This document shows, in pieces, positions 26,561-40,290 of a stretch of DNA of 64,000 nt (positions are counted from its first letter, which is position 1; each line of letters begins with the position of its first letter). This DNA is from Octopus sinensis (Eukaryota): NCBI RefSeq assembly GCF_006345805.1, contig NC_043007.1, positions 27,404,001-27,468,000 of the forward strand, read 5' to 3'. Both the position numbers and the translations under genes were made by a program. The notes under the pieces are model-generated. The model was given only the letters and a program-made list of their open reading frames with translations, searched no databases and was not told the DNA's origin.

Positions 26561-27786
26561 GCTTCCATTGTCGTAGGTGTAAAGAAATGACATTCGAAAT
26601 ATATAAATGATGTTTGCACAGGAAACGAATATTTAGGTAACAAAACAGTAAACAGTTATAATTATTATTATTTTTTCATTATTTCTACTTTCTGTGCCTC
26701 GGATCTTGTGATTATTTAGCAGCGATGGTTGTAAATAGTTATGCAATGAATTCTATTAAATAATCGTACAAACGTTTCATTGTTGTAATTATAGAATATG
26801 ATTCGAAAGGTTTCTGCAATTAATGATATGAATGGAATGTACATCTTGAATTTCTGGTTTCAATTGCAATTGAAGGTGATTCAGCACCTACAGCTCTCAT
26901 GACGTTGAGAAAATAAAAATGCCGTGTGCGATAAGTTCCATTCAGTCGACAGCCAGACTTCTTCACAAATCTCTCCAACAATGCTGAATTTTTTTGTTAT
27001 CCTTTTTTTAGAAAAATCGAACCATAATGGAATATTATCTCTTTCCCCTACATATTTTTGTTCACTTTATATTCTTCTGCTATATATGTGATGCCTTTTG
27101 GAAAAAGAAAAATCATTTAAGACTATTCAGACACTGAAGTTTTATATTTATCGTCATATTCGCATCGCTATTCTTAAGGGTGATATAACATTTAAACAGA
27201 GAAATAATATTCACGGAAATGGAAATGTGTTAGGCTTCTATTCCTTGCATTATGACGTAATAATGGTCTGAGCTTTAATATCAATCTGCACTTATTACGA
27301 TTTTCTTTTAAATATTCGAAATTTAATAATTTTTCAATATATTTTCGATCAATACACGAATGTGATTTTCATTTCCATATATTCAATGCTGTTCATATTA
27401 CAGAGACAACAGTTTTGCTGTTGTATAGATAGTATCTTAGCTTTTTGAGATATTACACCTAACGGTTCGGCCTTCAATAGACAGAATTTCACCAAGACAT
27501 GGCAGAATTAAAAAGAAAACTCATAACAGCTTGTGATGTGTGAGTAGAATCTCTAATGCATGTTTTTCTTTTTACCTTCTTTTAGGTTAGACGAACATAG
27601 TTAAATATAATATTCATATATTTAATATAGGGAGCATAAAAAACCCATTAGATACAGTAACGCTAGGTATGTAATTCAATATTAGTCAATATATTAGAGA
27701 ATTATTATTTCGGCTAGTGAGGAATACAGCTCTTGACATGTCTGAGTCTAATCAAATTCTTTCTTTATGTTATTATTATTATTATT

Positions 27787-28262
27787 GAATGAGAGAGCAG
27801 TACATGCCATCAAAGTGACACCAGGATGAAATATACGAAGCCCAGTATACCCATCATGACTACCCGTCTGATAAGGGAACACCAGCCACATGCATCACAA
27901 CCATATGTGCGCGACATGGTGATCTCATATCAAAATAAACTGCACATGACCTTGCAGGTGGGTCCCAGTTACAATTTTCTTCTGGTCGAGTAACCCATCC
28001 CACTCAAAAGTTCCCTGAATAAGGGTTGTTTAAGGATGTTGAACGAAACACCCATATTTACAGAGGTGAATTAATCAAACCGCAAAGAATTCCTTTCAAC
28101 ACACAGCTATGATGCTCCCCTACTACTTCTGCTCGTGATCAGAGATGCACTTATCGTCAGCAACTAAGGGACATGCTCAACTGACAAGCAAATCTGTGGT
28201 ATTGAGCAGAATATTTGCTGTAGCCCATCTTTTATATCAAAACAAAACAATGTATATGATGA
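27787..28262. repeat. Unclassified interspersed repeat abutting (ATT)n
   Basis: Second copy at 17040-17248; no ORF. Confidence 0.7.
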
Positions 28263-28592
28263 CACTTCCAATCAGTTAAGAAGTGTTTTCATGCTATTAT
28301 TAGAAAATGACCTCCAAATAAATAACCATTCCTATTACACTCTGTCATTAAAGAATAACCTTTTCAATGTTACAACGTAGACGTTGTGCAGTATTGTAGT
28401 CATAGAACCATAAGCTGCTGATAGCTGAAATCACATGATTGGTCATCTTGCGACCATTTACATTTCTGGCCAACATTATGGCAAATATTCGGTCGAATCT
28501 GTGTATGGGGACACTTCGTATAAAATATTAATTACAAGGGCATTCTTTCCTTGCATCTTTCCTTTCTTATCGAGAACGTCTCTCTAGTTATA

Positions 28593-28630
28593 TACCTATC
28601 TATCAATCTGTCTATCTATCTATCAATCTG

Positions 28631-28722
<92 letters not shown>

Positions 28723-28723
28723 C

Positions 28724-28778
<55 letters not shown>

Positions 28779-28779
28779 C

Positions 28780-28815
<36 letters not shown>

Positions 28816-28825
28816 TATCTATTTG

Positions 28826-28858
<33 letters not shown>

Positions 28859-28895
28859 GTATCTATCTATCTGTCTATCTATCTATCTTTCTGTC
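28593..28895. repeat. (TATC)n microsatellite
   Basis: Direct reading. Confidence 0.95.
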
Positions 28896-28973
28896 TAACT
28901 GTACGCCTAACAGCATATCAATTCGTATAGTGTTTATTTATATATGCAAGTATACACAGACACAAACACACAC

Positions 28974-29028
<55 letters not shown>

Positions 29029-30158
29029 TACATATATACATACATATATATATATTATATATATATATGTATAACGATGTATAATCCTGTATGTTGATGT
29101 GTGTGATCTTATGTGTGTGTGTGATATTTTGTCTCATTCTGCGTATACGTGCATATGTGTTTTTTTTTGTGGTAGTATAACTTAAACAGAAAGGCGACTT
29201 ACTTTCGCACGCAAACATACACAAGGACACGCACATATGTTCATATATACATACATATATATATACACACAAAAGCTAACACATTTATTATACACATACG
29301 TACACATACATACATACATAATTACATACATACAATACACGCACATATACATACACCTATTAATTCGTACGTACATACCGAGACGCTAGTGTCTAAGTGC
29401 GTTCTCCTAATTCATATCGACAGCAAAACCCAGGAGGTTTAGCATTAATGCAAGAATCAAATAAATACAGGTGCATGAACTGTCAGAGTAGGTTCAACAT
29501 TGCTAGGTGTGATAACAACGTTGATTTGATTGCTCGGACACCAAGCTTCTGTTATAGCTGACGTTTCCATTCTGTAACTACTCTATGTTTAAAGTGTGAG
29601 GGGTTATTATTTTGTCTGCCGTTTTTGTCTTTGCGCGTCTGTCCTTCTGTAGTTAAACTCTGTCTTTCCACTTTTCTCTCTCGCTCTCTTTCTCTCTCTT
29701 TCTTTCTCCAATTCTGTATATGTGTGTATATGTGTGCGTGTGTGTGTGTAGAATGTATATATATATATATATATATGTGTGTGTGAGTGTTTATATATCG
29801 TTTTTCTCTTTCTGTCAATTTCTTTTCTCTCCTTTCTCGTTTAGCGTCAATCAAAGAAGAGGTGTATGTAAGTATAAATTCAAATATAATTGTATAGAGG
29901 CAGACAAAAACTTATATATAGACATAGATAGAAGACATAGATAGATAGACAGATAGATAACTACATACATACATAGATATGGAAATATATATATATATAT
30001 ATATATGTTTATATGCGTGTATATATGCACACACATAAATATATATATATATACATATATATAACTATATGTACATTTATATATATATATAAAGCCTACG
30101 AAAACGATCACGGTAACCCCAGGCAAGTAGGAAAGAAAAACACATGAGAGCAAAGTGT

Positions 30159-30161
30159 TCT

Positions 30162-30213
<52 letters not shown>
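30159..30213. repeat. (TC)n microsatellite at the 3' end of a Tx1-like LINE
   Basis: Direct reading. Confidence 0.95.
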
Positions 30214-30219
<6 letters not shown>

Positions 30220-31345
30220 TTACAGGATCCTGCTCAAGGTGGTTTCGTCACTTGCACGCACCATCTTTGCTACATTCACTCATCTTTTATTGATTCTTTC
30301 ACGAGACAAAACTTACCACTCTATTCTCACCTTCTTTTTCAAGTGGTACTTGAAAACTTGAGCGATTGGCCAAGAGTCTGCCACACACATTCTTTCTCCA
30401 TGGTCAACAGTACGATGAAAACGGCCTTGCCTTCCCGGTTAAGGGAAAGTGGCCGAGCAATTTTCATGAAAGACTCACTCGGCCAACAACCGAATTCGTC
30501 CTACACGTGAGAGCAGCCGAAATGGTTGAACACTGCATGAGTGCGTGCAGAAAGCTTTCCTCACTCTGACTGCATCTCGGAAAGTCCGTCCGATTTAGCT
30601 CGAACCATGCCTGTAGAGCTTATGCCGAACGGATAATGCTTCCCGATTAAAAAAAAAGACTCCGCCGGTTACGACGACGGGGGTCCCAGCTGATACGATC
30701 AACGGAACAGCTTGCTCGTGAAATTAACGTGCAAATGGCTGAGCATTCCACAGACACGTGTACCTTTAACGTAGTTCTCGGGGATAATCAGCGTGACACA
30801 GAGAGTGACAAGGCTGACCCTTTGAAATACAAGTACAACTCATTTTTGCCAGCTGAGTGGACTGGAGCAACGTGAAATAAAGTGTCTTGCTCAAGGACAC
30901 AACGCGTCGCCGGGAATCGAACTCACAACCTTACGATCATGAGCCGAATGCCCTAACCACTAAGCCACGCGCCCTCACAATGCTTCCCGATAGCATTGCC
31001 ACGCCAGGCATCTCTGGTGATTGTCCATAGGTCCCGACCCGAAAGTTGTCCTGAACAGACGGGCCAGGTGTTCCTCATCGACGCTCAGATTCTGCCGGAG
31101 AACATCGTCGCACCTTCTCTCCAATAAATCCTTTATTGATCGCTTTCGTGGAATTGAGGTCGAACAAGTTTGGTCCCGGACGGCAGGGTTGCTTAATAGC
31201 AAGCGGCACTCGCGGTGCCATTCGCCTAGCCTCGGTCTCTGTTTGATTCACGGCCAAAGAGACGAGCTGTGGGGAAGCGCGCCTCACAAACTTTACTCTC
31301 GTTACATTGAGTACTGTTTTTGTTCAACCTGGACATGGGACGTAT
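30214..31345 (-). mobile_element. 5'-truncated Tx1/L1-clade LINE interrupted by a SINE
   Basis: VRRASPQL...LAWQCYREAL|REALSVRHKLYRHG...RCSQSEESFLHALMQC; stop near 30220, then (GA)n. Confidence 0.8.
30648..30978 (-). mobile_element. Young full-length tRNA-derived SINE (S2 head plus module i) with 13-bp TSD
   Basis: TSD AATGCTTCCCGAT at 30635-30647 and 30979-30991; A box TGGCTTAGTGG, B box GTTCGATTCCC; CORE-like GTGTCCTTGAGCAAGACACTT; T-rich tail. Confidence 0.95.
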
Positions 31346-31384
31346 TCATTATATGTGTGTATGTTTGTATGTGTGTGTTTGTAT

Positions 31385-31689
31385 GTGGAGACGCCATGGC
31401 CCAGTGGTTAGGGTAGCGAACTCGCGGTAGTAGGATCGCTGGTTCGATTCCCAGACCGGGCGTTGTGAGTGTTTATTGAGCGAAAACACCTAAAGCTCCA
31501 CGAGGCTCCGGCAGGGGGGGGGGTGAACCCTGCTGTACTCTTTCGCCACAACTTTCTCATTTTTTCTTCTGTTGGCCTGCTCGCTTAGCCAGCGGGGTGG
31601 CGTCATTTGAAGGCTAAACCAATGCGAAGCGCATTGTGACCTGCGATCTGTAGCAACACCTGATAGCCCGGTATATCACGGTGATCACG

Positions 31690-31693
<4 letters not shown>
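31385..31693 (+). mobile_element. SINE family S1 head with alternative 3' module iii
   Basis: Head identical in plan to 26183; diverges after about 31570 into GTTGGCCTGCTCGC...GAAGGCTAA... Confidence 0.85.
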
Positions 31694-31726
<33 letters not shown>

Positions 31727-32241
31727 TTTCCTCATTGATATAACAAGCTCCCTAATCCTCATTTGTTTAATATAATTCTTACTTTATTAACATATATCAG
31801 CTGATAGTAAGGGTTTCAGTCTGTCTCCCTCAATTTGATTAACATTATCAATCATTATTTGTAGATATTGATTTATTCGCAGGTGCATATCTAATTACAT
31901 CTATTTGGATTTAGTAGGTGTATAGTTATTCACTATCGTGTCTTTTTAATTTTATTTATTTGAATTTATTAAAAGTATATTTAATTCTGCGTCGGCAACA
32001 AAATCCTTCTTCCTTATTGTTCATTAATTTGCGCTTGAATGTAATTATCTGGAAAATTTCCTCAACGCATAAGCCATACTTTTTTCTTCAAATGATATAA
32101 GATTTTGACAACCATTATGTAAATAAATTGATTTATGAGGAAATAAACAAATAATCTTCCAAGCTGCTATGTCCATAATTTAAGGGTCACTTAAAAAAAA
32201 AACTATCAAAATGGAACAAGAACAAAAAGAAACCCTTACTA

Positions 32242-33278
32242 TTAATATTTTTTGAAAATCTCTTTACTATCAGCGACTTTCTGATATCTATTACCACAGG
32301 ACAGAATTACGTCCTTGTAAAATAAAGGAGTAATATTGTTCCATTTATTTTTCAATAATTCCCAGACTTCCTTTTGGCTCTTTGGATTTCTCCTTGGCGC
32401 CCCATCTCTATTAATCTTCCACTTCCCATACAATGACACTGCCTCCTCTATATTTCCCTGTCAGCTTGACACATGCACGAGCTAACCTTCACCATTTCTT
32501 CATCAGTCAGACATTCCACCATCGGAACCAGTCATATTAAACTTCCATTCGTCGCTAAAACGAACCTGTAAAAACGACATATTCGTGAGCTAAACGAAGA
32601 CGGTCTCTTTGATTCGTCATGGGGATCAAAGGTTTCTTTGCCATTGCCCCAGCAAGCAACCAAAACTTCTCAGCCTCCGAGAAACTGTTTTGTGCGATAC
32701 GTTGACATCGGAAGGGGAACTAAACTTGCGGGATATCTCAGCAGCACTTTTAAACCTATCCTTCACGGACATTCTAACCATAACACGATCCTGTCTTGGG
32801 GACATTTTACGAGGTCTACCGGTTTGGGGTTTAGCATCTGTCGATCCTGATGACTTGTAACGAGCTACAATTCGTGGCACAATACTTGTAGACCTTCCTA
32901 CATAATTTGACTTGCCCTCTCGGTGAAGACACACCATTCTTTGTTTTTCGTCACAGGACACCAATCGTATTTAAAAAGCCGCCATTTTTTCTGTTAACTG
33001 TTCCAATAATGTAAGCTCATAAGAAGTAACTGTTAGCCCATTAACAGTCCGCTACACAGTCTGCTAATCAACAAATACTTCAGCTAGGCCGCTGCGATTT
33101 GGGAGATTGTTTGTTTATTTCATCATAACTTACAAAATATTTTTTTCAAATCACTTGAAGTTCTCACGAGAGATAGATATTAGATATATCTAAATTTGTG
33201 TAAAATAACTAGTCTCAATATATTGTTAATCTTCTATAATAACTATTGAAATATACTTGTTCTCACTGACCGCTACTG
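32242..33278 (-). pseudogene. Tc1-family transposase pseudogene with one candidate terminus
   Basis: QTGRPRKMSPRQDR..R.SV.DRFKSAAEI...VSHKTVSRRL (HTH region) and WELLKNKWNNI...SCGNRYQKV..KKY; candidate end TA|CAGTAGCGG at 33278; second TIR not found. Confidence 0.9.
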
Positions 33279-33281
33279 TAT

Positions 33282-33314
<33 letters not shown>

Positions 33315-33720
33315 GCACAAAATTAAGAGGAATGACCACCACAGTGGACACCTAATAAGCTAAATACAGACGTCAAATCGCCATTACCACGAAGAGTGTG
33401 TTCTCAAGAAAAATTTCAGCAAAATGCCAAAATGTAAAAAGGGCAAGACAAATGAAAATATACGAAATAAAAAACGATTACCTATGTACCATAGTTTCAC
33501 TTGTCAATATTTACGTATGTAAATGTCTGCAAGGTCATCAGCGTAGTCTGTCGCTTACGAAAATCAATTTCCAGAACAAGAAACAGAACGCTCGCCCTGA
33601 AAGAGAGCATGTATAAATATCTGCAAATTATATTTGGGGGTATTTTTCAAATGTCTCCATTTCGGCGCACTGAGGCCGGAAATAACTCTGCACTTAATAA
33701 ATTTCAGCAGTTAATTTACC

Positions 33721-33952
33721 TATTTCTTTACTACCCAAAAGGGGCTAAACACAGAGACGATAAACAAGGACAGACAAACGGATTAAGTTGATTATATCAA
33801 CCCCAGTTCGTAACTGGTACTTATTTAATCGACCCCGAAAGGATGAAAGGCAAAGTCGACCTCGGCGGAATTTGAACTCAGAACGTAACGGCAGACGAAA
33901 TACGGCTACGCATTTCGCCCGGCGTGCTAACGTTTCTGCCAGTTCGCCGCCT
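33721..33952 (-). mobile_element. Full SINE S3 with 19-bp TSD
   Basis: TTTC(A/G)GCAGTTAATTTACC at 33702-33720 and 33953-33971 (18/19 match). Confidence 0.92.
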
Positions 33953-34548
33953 TTTCGGCAGTTAATTTACCGGTTAGAGAATATTGTTATTTAAAAATTA
34001 AATAATGAGGGTAGAAATTGATATTAATCAATTAAAACCAGTGATTTAGCATACTTAAAAATTCCGAAGATTAAATAATATATTACATACAAAATGAAGA
34101 GGTATGACCACCAACTTGGTCTCCTAATATCCTAGATATAAGCGTCAGATCGCCATTACCACGATAATCTCTCCAACAATCAGTTGCTCATACTTTCGCC
34201 TCCAAGAACAGTTCCATAATTGCTTACACCTACAGCTGGAGAGTTGTTGCTGCTGCTGCTGCCACTGCTACTACTGCTGCTGTGTCAAACAATGAGGAGT
34301 CAGAAATAGCAAAATCTAAATAAATAACGTTCCTTTAATTATATCCTTCTGAAGATACGATTTTTCGACGAAAATATAAACGATATTTTAGACTTTCTGC
34401 CTTGTTAGAAGCTCTCTCATTATTTCTCTCTTCATTTATTTTCTAGTTCTGTTACGATGATTCGAGCGAGCTACAGCCCTCTTATACATACATACAAGCA
34501 TACATACATACATACATACATACATACATACATACATACATACATACA

Positions 34549-34579
<31 letters not shown>

Positions 34580-35089
34580 GTGTGCGTGTGTTGGGGGTGG
34601 GTGTTCAGATCTATATGTAGGCGTAAATATGCACGCATGCATGTATGTATATATCTGCATATATATATATATGATTGTGTTTTTGCCTTGTTAAAAATTA
34701 ACACGTAGACAATAAATAAATAGTTACCAGGGTAGCAAAAAATGACGCAAGAGGAGAAGATTGCATAGTTTTATATCATTTATTCTTTTGAATAATATCA
34801 GTGGAATTTTCGAAACATGTGTCGAAAGTAAAAGAATTTGATTTATACCTGCGTTAAACTCCATTTACATATATATATACAGTAATACTGAAATGAATAT
34901 GAACTTAAACCCCGAATTGAAGAAAAACGAGATCCTTGGCATATGTATATGTATAAGATGTGTTTGGGTATACGTAACATATCGCTTGATTTGCCGGAGG
35001 TGATATATTACAGGACTCAATAGAAGTGTAGAGTATCCTTAAATAAATTACAACTGAAAAATGCGCAATACATACATATATATATATAT

Positions 35090-35143
<54 letters not shown>

Positions 35144-35441
35144 GTGTATGTGGGTGGTGTTTGCGTGCGAGCGTCCATGCGTGGTGTATGTGTGTGTGAG
35201 TGTGTTCTTGTATACAGTTAAGTAAAACAAAAGTATAAAAGTTGGACAAGTGTTTGTTAATGACATCAAAGTACTCATAAAAGAGTGACCTACCTACCAA
35301 TCATTTATCTTAGTGTGTTTTCATTCGATCGACCAGTGCATTGCCTACAGCAGACTCCTTTTTAGTCTTTTTTTGTCCGGAAACTGTCTCACTTCGATTA
35401 TAGGTCTATCTGTTCTCCTCCAAATAATTACAGTCACATTC

Positions 35442-35501
<60 letters not shown>

Positions 35502-35509
35502 ACACAGAA

Positions 35510-36015
35510 AAAATTTAGGCTCACACAAAAATATCAAAAGCAAAATGCAACCTAAATCATTGAAAAATATATTAACCACCGCAAGAATATATCCATTAAC
35601 AACAGAACCAAAGTAGGAAATGGTGGTCGACCTAAATGTGGTACATGACCCCACCTTTTGGATGGATCAGCTTTCCACTCTAAACAAGGTGAGATATTTA
35701 AGATTAAATCAAATTTCGCCTGTGCATCGGAGAATGTATTCTATGCAATTACATGCTTAGGGTGTGGTAATAATTATATTGGCCAAACAGGAATATCACT
35801 CCCTCGAAGAACCACTCTCCACAAAGAAAAAATCCTCCACCCACAATACAGACACATACAGTAAACACATAGAAAGGTGCACTAGGAAACTTAATCCTAA
35901 TCTCCTAATTTTTCCCTTCTATCAATGTTCACGGAACACCTCAGTGCAACAAAGGATGAATAAAGAGGCAACTTTCATCAATAGATATCTTCTCCAACTC
36001 AATATGAACACATAA
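35510..36015 (+). pseudogene. Penelope-like element C-terminal GIY-YIG endonuclease fragment
   Basis: QPKSLKNILTTAR, NFACASENVFYAITCLGCGNNYIGQTGISLPRRTTLH, KHIERC, RMNKEATFI...LN; frameshifted. Confidence 0.9.
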
Positions 36016-36455
36016 CATAATACAGGACACTACTAACTTTTCAATTAATACCACTAAACCCCATACATCTATACACCATTAAAATTACAAATATATATAT
36101 TCCCTAATTGCACCAAATCCAGAACTACTTGCCTCCCTTACACATAATCGGTTTACTCAGGGACTAGTAGACCTCCCACCGTTCAGTAATCGGTGTGCAT
36201 TCAAAGCAATGATTCGTAAATTTACGAAACCGATTTGCTTTTGAATCTCTTTAACAGTTCACAATAATGATTTTTATCACTTTTATTTCTACCTAAGTTC
36301 ATGTAATTGTATCGTTATTTTTCATAAAATGCCTTTAATTTTTTGATTTCCAATATGCATTTTCGCTTATTTTTCTTCTTGCTTTCCACTTATATTTCCA
36401 CGTGTAGTTTCTATTCTCTTTTTCTAACACATTTCTTTTATATATATAGCATATT

Positions 36456-36513
<58 letters not shown>

Positions 36514-36559
36514 ACCTATACATATATACATATAAATATCATAAACAAGATTGGGGAGA

Positions 36560-36772
36560 ATTCGTTCAATTTTTTAAAATTCTTTTCTTCTTTAGGCAGA
36601 AGGAGGGAACCAGTCGATTTGAGCGACCTCAACACGCATCTGGTACTTAATTTATCGACCCCGGAAGGATGACAAGAAAATAGACCTCGGTTGAACTTAG
36701 AACGTAAAAACAGATGAAATACCGCTATGTATTTCGCCCGGTGTACTAATGTCTCTGCCAGCTCGCCGCCTT
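36560..36772 (-). mobile_element. Degenerate SINE S3
   Basis: TGGTACTTAATTTATCGACCCC and CTGCCAGCTCGCCGCC blocks. Confidence 0.75.
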
Positions 36773-38086
36773 CCATTTTTTTTAGTACAGTATCATTTTC
36801 ATTATGTCAGACTAGATAACGTCAGATTGCATTAGCAATCTGCTCGGATTCCAAATGCCTATAGCTTACATGCTTACAGAGATACATACGAGTGAGTGAG
36901 GAAACGTAACGAAGCAGAATTCAACATATTTGCCATGATTTACTTTTATATTTAAGAATAGTTTTGACTGAACACCTTTTAAGATTTTGTATGTTTCAGT
37001 TAGGTTCATCTCATCAGGTGCTGGGAATTGAAGTGGAAGCTTTGACAGATATACAAAATGGTGTGCAGTTGTCAAGGCCTTTCATATCACTTAATGCTAA
37101 ATCTATCGCTGTAACATCAACTATTTTCTCTTCTTTTTAGATCCGCCTTTCCTGACAAGATTTTCGCAGGTTGTTGGTGCTACTCTGGCGACATGCTGCT
37201 GCACAGAATATATCAGTGATATAAATTCCTTGTATTAGGGATGAGATGTTGGTGCAAGTTTGATTGACAATGATTACGGCGGCAACAATCTTTACGTAGG
37301 AATAACCAAACTTCATGAGATGGAAATAAGAACATGGCTGGGCTGCATTTCGGCAGCGTTTTTTCAATCCTTGCTTCAAGTGTTAATCGAAAATATCGAT
37401 GGTCATTTAACTTCCTTATTTTCGCCCTTTGTCTTTCACCATCCTCTTTGGTTTTCACACGGTATATTTTAAGCGTTGGGTTTTCACAGAAAAACACTCA
37501 AGTACGTTTGAAATGTAACCGATATTTCTTATCGCCATGTAGAGAAATCTCCCGCATGATCGTAAGCAAGATATTTAGCGCAGCTGAAGTAATTCGGACG
37601 GAGACTCTCGGATGATGCTATTTCGATTTAATAATCAGTTAATTCCCACTTTATTTTCCGTGTATAGTGGTTTTGTTTTAATGCAATCTCCAGAGAGAAG
37701 CGACGTGTGATATTTGACGGATGTCCGGTAACCACCTATATTCAAGGGATGTTACTCTATTTAGCAACAGTCTCACCACTATACATATTTTTGTAGCGGC
37801 CCCGCGTAATATGAAGCGTGATTCTTCTGGTTACCTGTAATTCATAAACCTTATTTTCTAATTTCTTCTTTACAAATATCATTTGCTTTCTTCCGTCTAA
37901 CTAAAACCATTGGTACAGTGGAATATTAAAATTAGATCCTGGCTGTTCTCCTCTACAGCATTCGAGCCTGTATCAATGTATGTTCCCTGCGGTATTTCTA
38001 TGTGATGTGTTGATCGGAAATTGCATTAGTTCGCCTCCGTGAATTTCTACAGAAGATGATTTCCTTCACCATCATCACCCTCATGA

Positions 38087-38088
<2 letters not shown>

Positions 38089-38134
<46 letters not shown>

Positions 38135-38900
38135 ACATAGACACACACACACACACACACACAGACACATCCTGTTGTCAACAGTTTCATTATCATGAAC
38201 AGCAGCAGTATCATTATTATCATCAAACCCCCCCTCCTCCTCATCCTCCTCCCCCTCATCATCATCATCACCATCGTTGTCATCATCATCATCATCATCA
38301 TCATCATCAACGTAGTCATCATTTTTATCATCTGTCAACAACGTGAAAACAGATTACATTTCAATACCATCATCATCATCATCATCATCATCATTGAGAT
38401 CGTCATGACAGCCACCTACATCCACCACCACCACATACATTGCTCCTTCCGCGCCCACCACCACTATCACCACTCCTATCACACCACAATAATAATCAAC
38501 ATCACAACAACGCCGTTTCTTCTTCTTTTATCTTCTTCTTCACTTTCTTCTTCTTCTTCTTCTTCTTCTTCTTCTTCTTCTTCTTCTTCTTCTTCTTCTT
38601 CTCTCCTTCATCTTCTTCTTCTTTCTCCTTCTTCACCTTCTTCTTCTTCTTCTTCTTTGTCTTCTCCTTCTTCACCTTCTTCTTCTTCTTCTTCTTTTCT
38701 TCTTCTCCTTCTTCACCTTCTTCTTTTTCTCCTTCTTCTTCTTCTTTTTCTTCTTCTCCTTCTTCACCTTCTTCTTTTTCTCCTTCTCTTCTTCTTCTTC
38801 TTCTTCTTCTCCTTCTTCACCTTCTTCTCCTTCTTCACCTTCTTCTTCTTCTTCTTCTCTTCTCTTCTTCTTCTTCTTCTTCTTCTTCTCTTCTTCTTCA
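38089..38900. repeat. Compound (CA)n, (CAT)n and (CTT)n microsatellite block
   Basis: Direct reading. Confidence 0.95.
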
Positions 38901-39099
38901 TTTCGATCTGTATATTTTCTTCTTCGCTGCGCACACCAATATGGTTATTAACATATGTCAAAAATTATATATTTTATAATGATAAAAACAAGGTTATCGA
39001 AAGAGGAAATTGAATTTGGAAAGCCTGCTTTTTTGTCTCTAAAAACGCAGACATATTTACACAACATACACACAGAAACATGCAAACACACACATACAT

Positions 39100-39199
39100 N
39101 NNNNNNNNNNNNNNNNNNNNNNNNNNNNNNNNNNNNNNNNNNNNNNNNNNNNNNNNNNNNNNNNNNNNNNNNNNNNNNNNNNNNNNNNNNNNNNNNNNN
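39100..39199. other. Assembly gap (100 N)
   Basis: Run of N; true length unknown. Confidence 0.99.
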
Positions 39200-39218
39200 C
39201 ATTATATATATATATATG

Positions 39219-39278
<60 letters not shown>

Positions 39279-39322
39279 TCTTCATTCACCAACAATATAA
39301 TCATCACTGCGAACATGTTATC

Positions 39323-39382
<60 letters not shown>

Positions 39383-39393
39383 ATTATTATTAA

Positions 39394-39437
<44 letters not shown>

Positions 39438-39859
39438 ATAGTAGTAGTAGTAGTAGTAGTATTTGTAGCAGGAGGAGGAGAAAGAAGAATGGAAGGGGAG
39501 GACGTATAGATGATTGTTCTCGCTTGTGGTGGATGTGCAACATGTCGCTTCCCGAAGGTTTGGCAAGCTCTGTTGATAATAAATTACCGTTGTGAATTTT
39601 TGGCAAGACTTCGAATAAGGTCCCCTACATTACAGAATGACAAGGGACACTACGAGGTGCGCTTCGTAGGGTTCAATATTCGTTTGGCTACATTCTCTAT
39701 GTTTTTGAGTTTAAAGTTGTATGAAAATATCTATTATGGATTGGCTTGACAAGGTTTTATGGTTAAGAATTTCGTTTTTTAACCAACTGGGAGGCGGTTA
39801 GAAGGTTTCGTAACCATCTGGAAGGCGGCTAGGAGACTTTGAAACCATCTGCAACACGA

Positions 39860-40290
39860 GGCAGAATCGTTAGGACACTGGTCGAAATGCTTAGCGGTAT
39901 TTTGCCCATCGATAGCGGTGAGCTGGTACAATCGTTAGCACGCCGGGTGAAATGCTTTGTGGTATTTCGTCCGCCGCTGCGTTCTGAGTTCAAATTCCGC
40001 CGAGGTCGACTGTGCCTTTCATCCTTTCGGGATCGATAAATTAAGTACCAGTTACGCACTGGGGTCGATATAATCGACTTAATTCGTTTGTCTCTCCTTT
40101 TTTTGTCCCCACTGTGTTTAGCCCCTTGTAGGTAGTAAAGAAATAGGTATTTCGCTCATTGCTACGTTCTCAGTTCAAATTCCGCCGAGTTCGACGTTGC
40201 CTTTTACCCTTTTAGGTTCAATGAATTAAGTACAATTGTGTGCTGAGGTCAATCTTATCGACTGACCTTCCCCTACCTAATTTCTAGCGG
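39860..40290 (+). mobile_element. SINE S3 with duplicated head and second partial unit
   Basis: Same blocks as 16387-16715. Confidence 0.85.

Noticed and set aside
36985-37025. CTGATGA...GAAAC on the minus strand
   Set aside because: Neither stem I nor stem II pairs; at best a decayed relic
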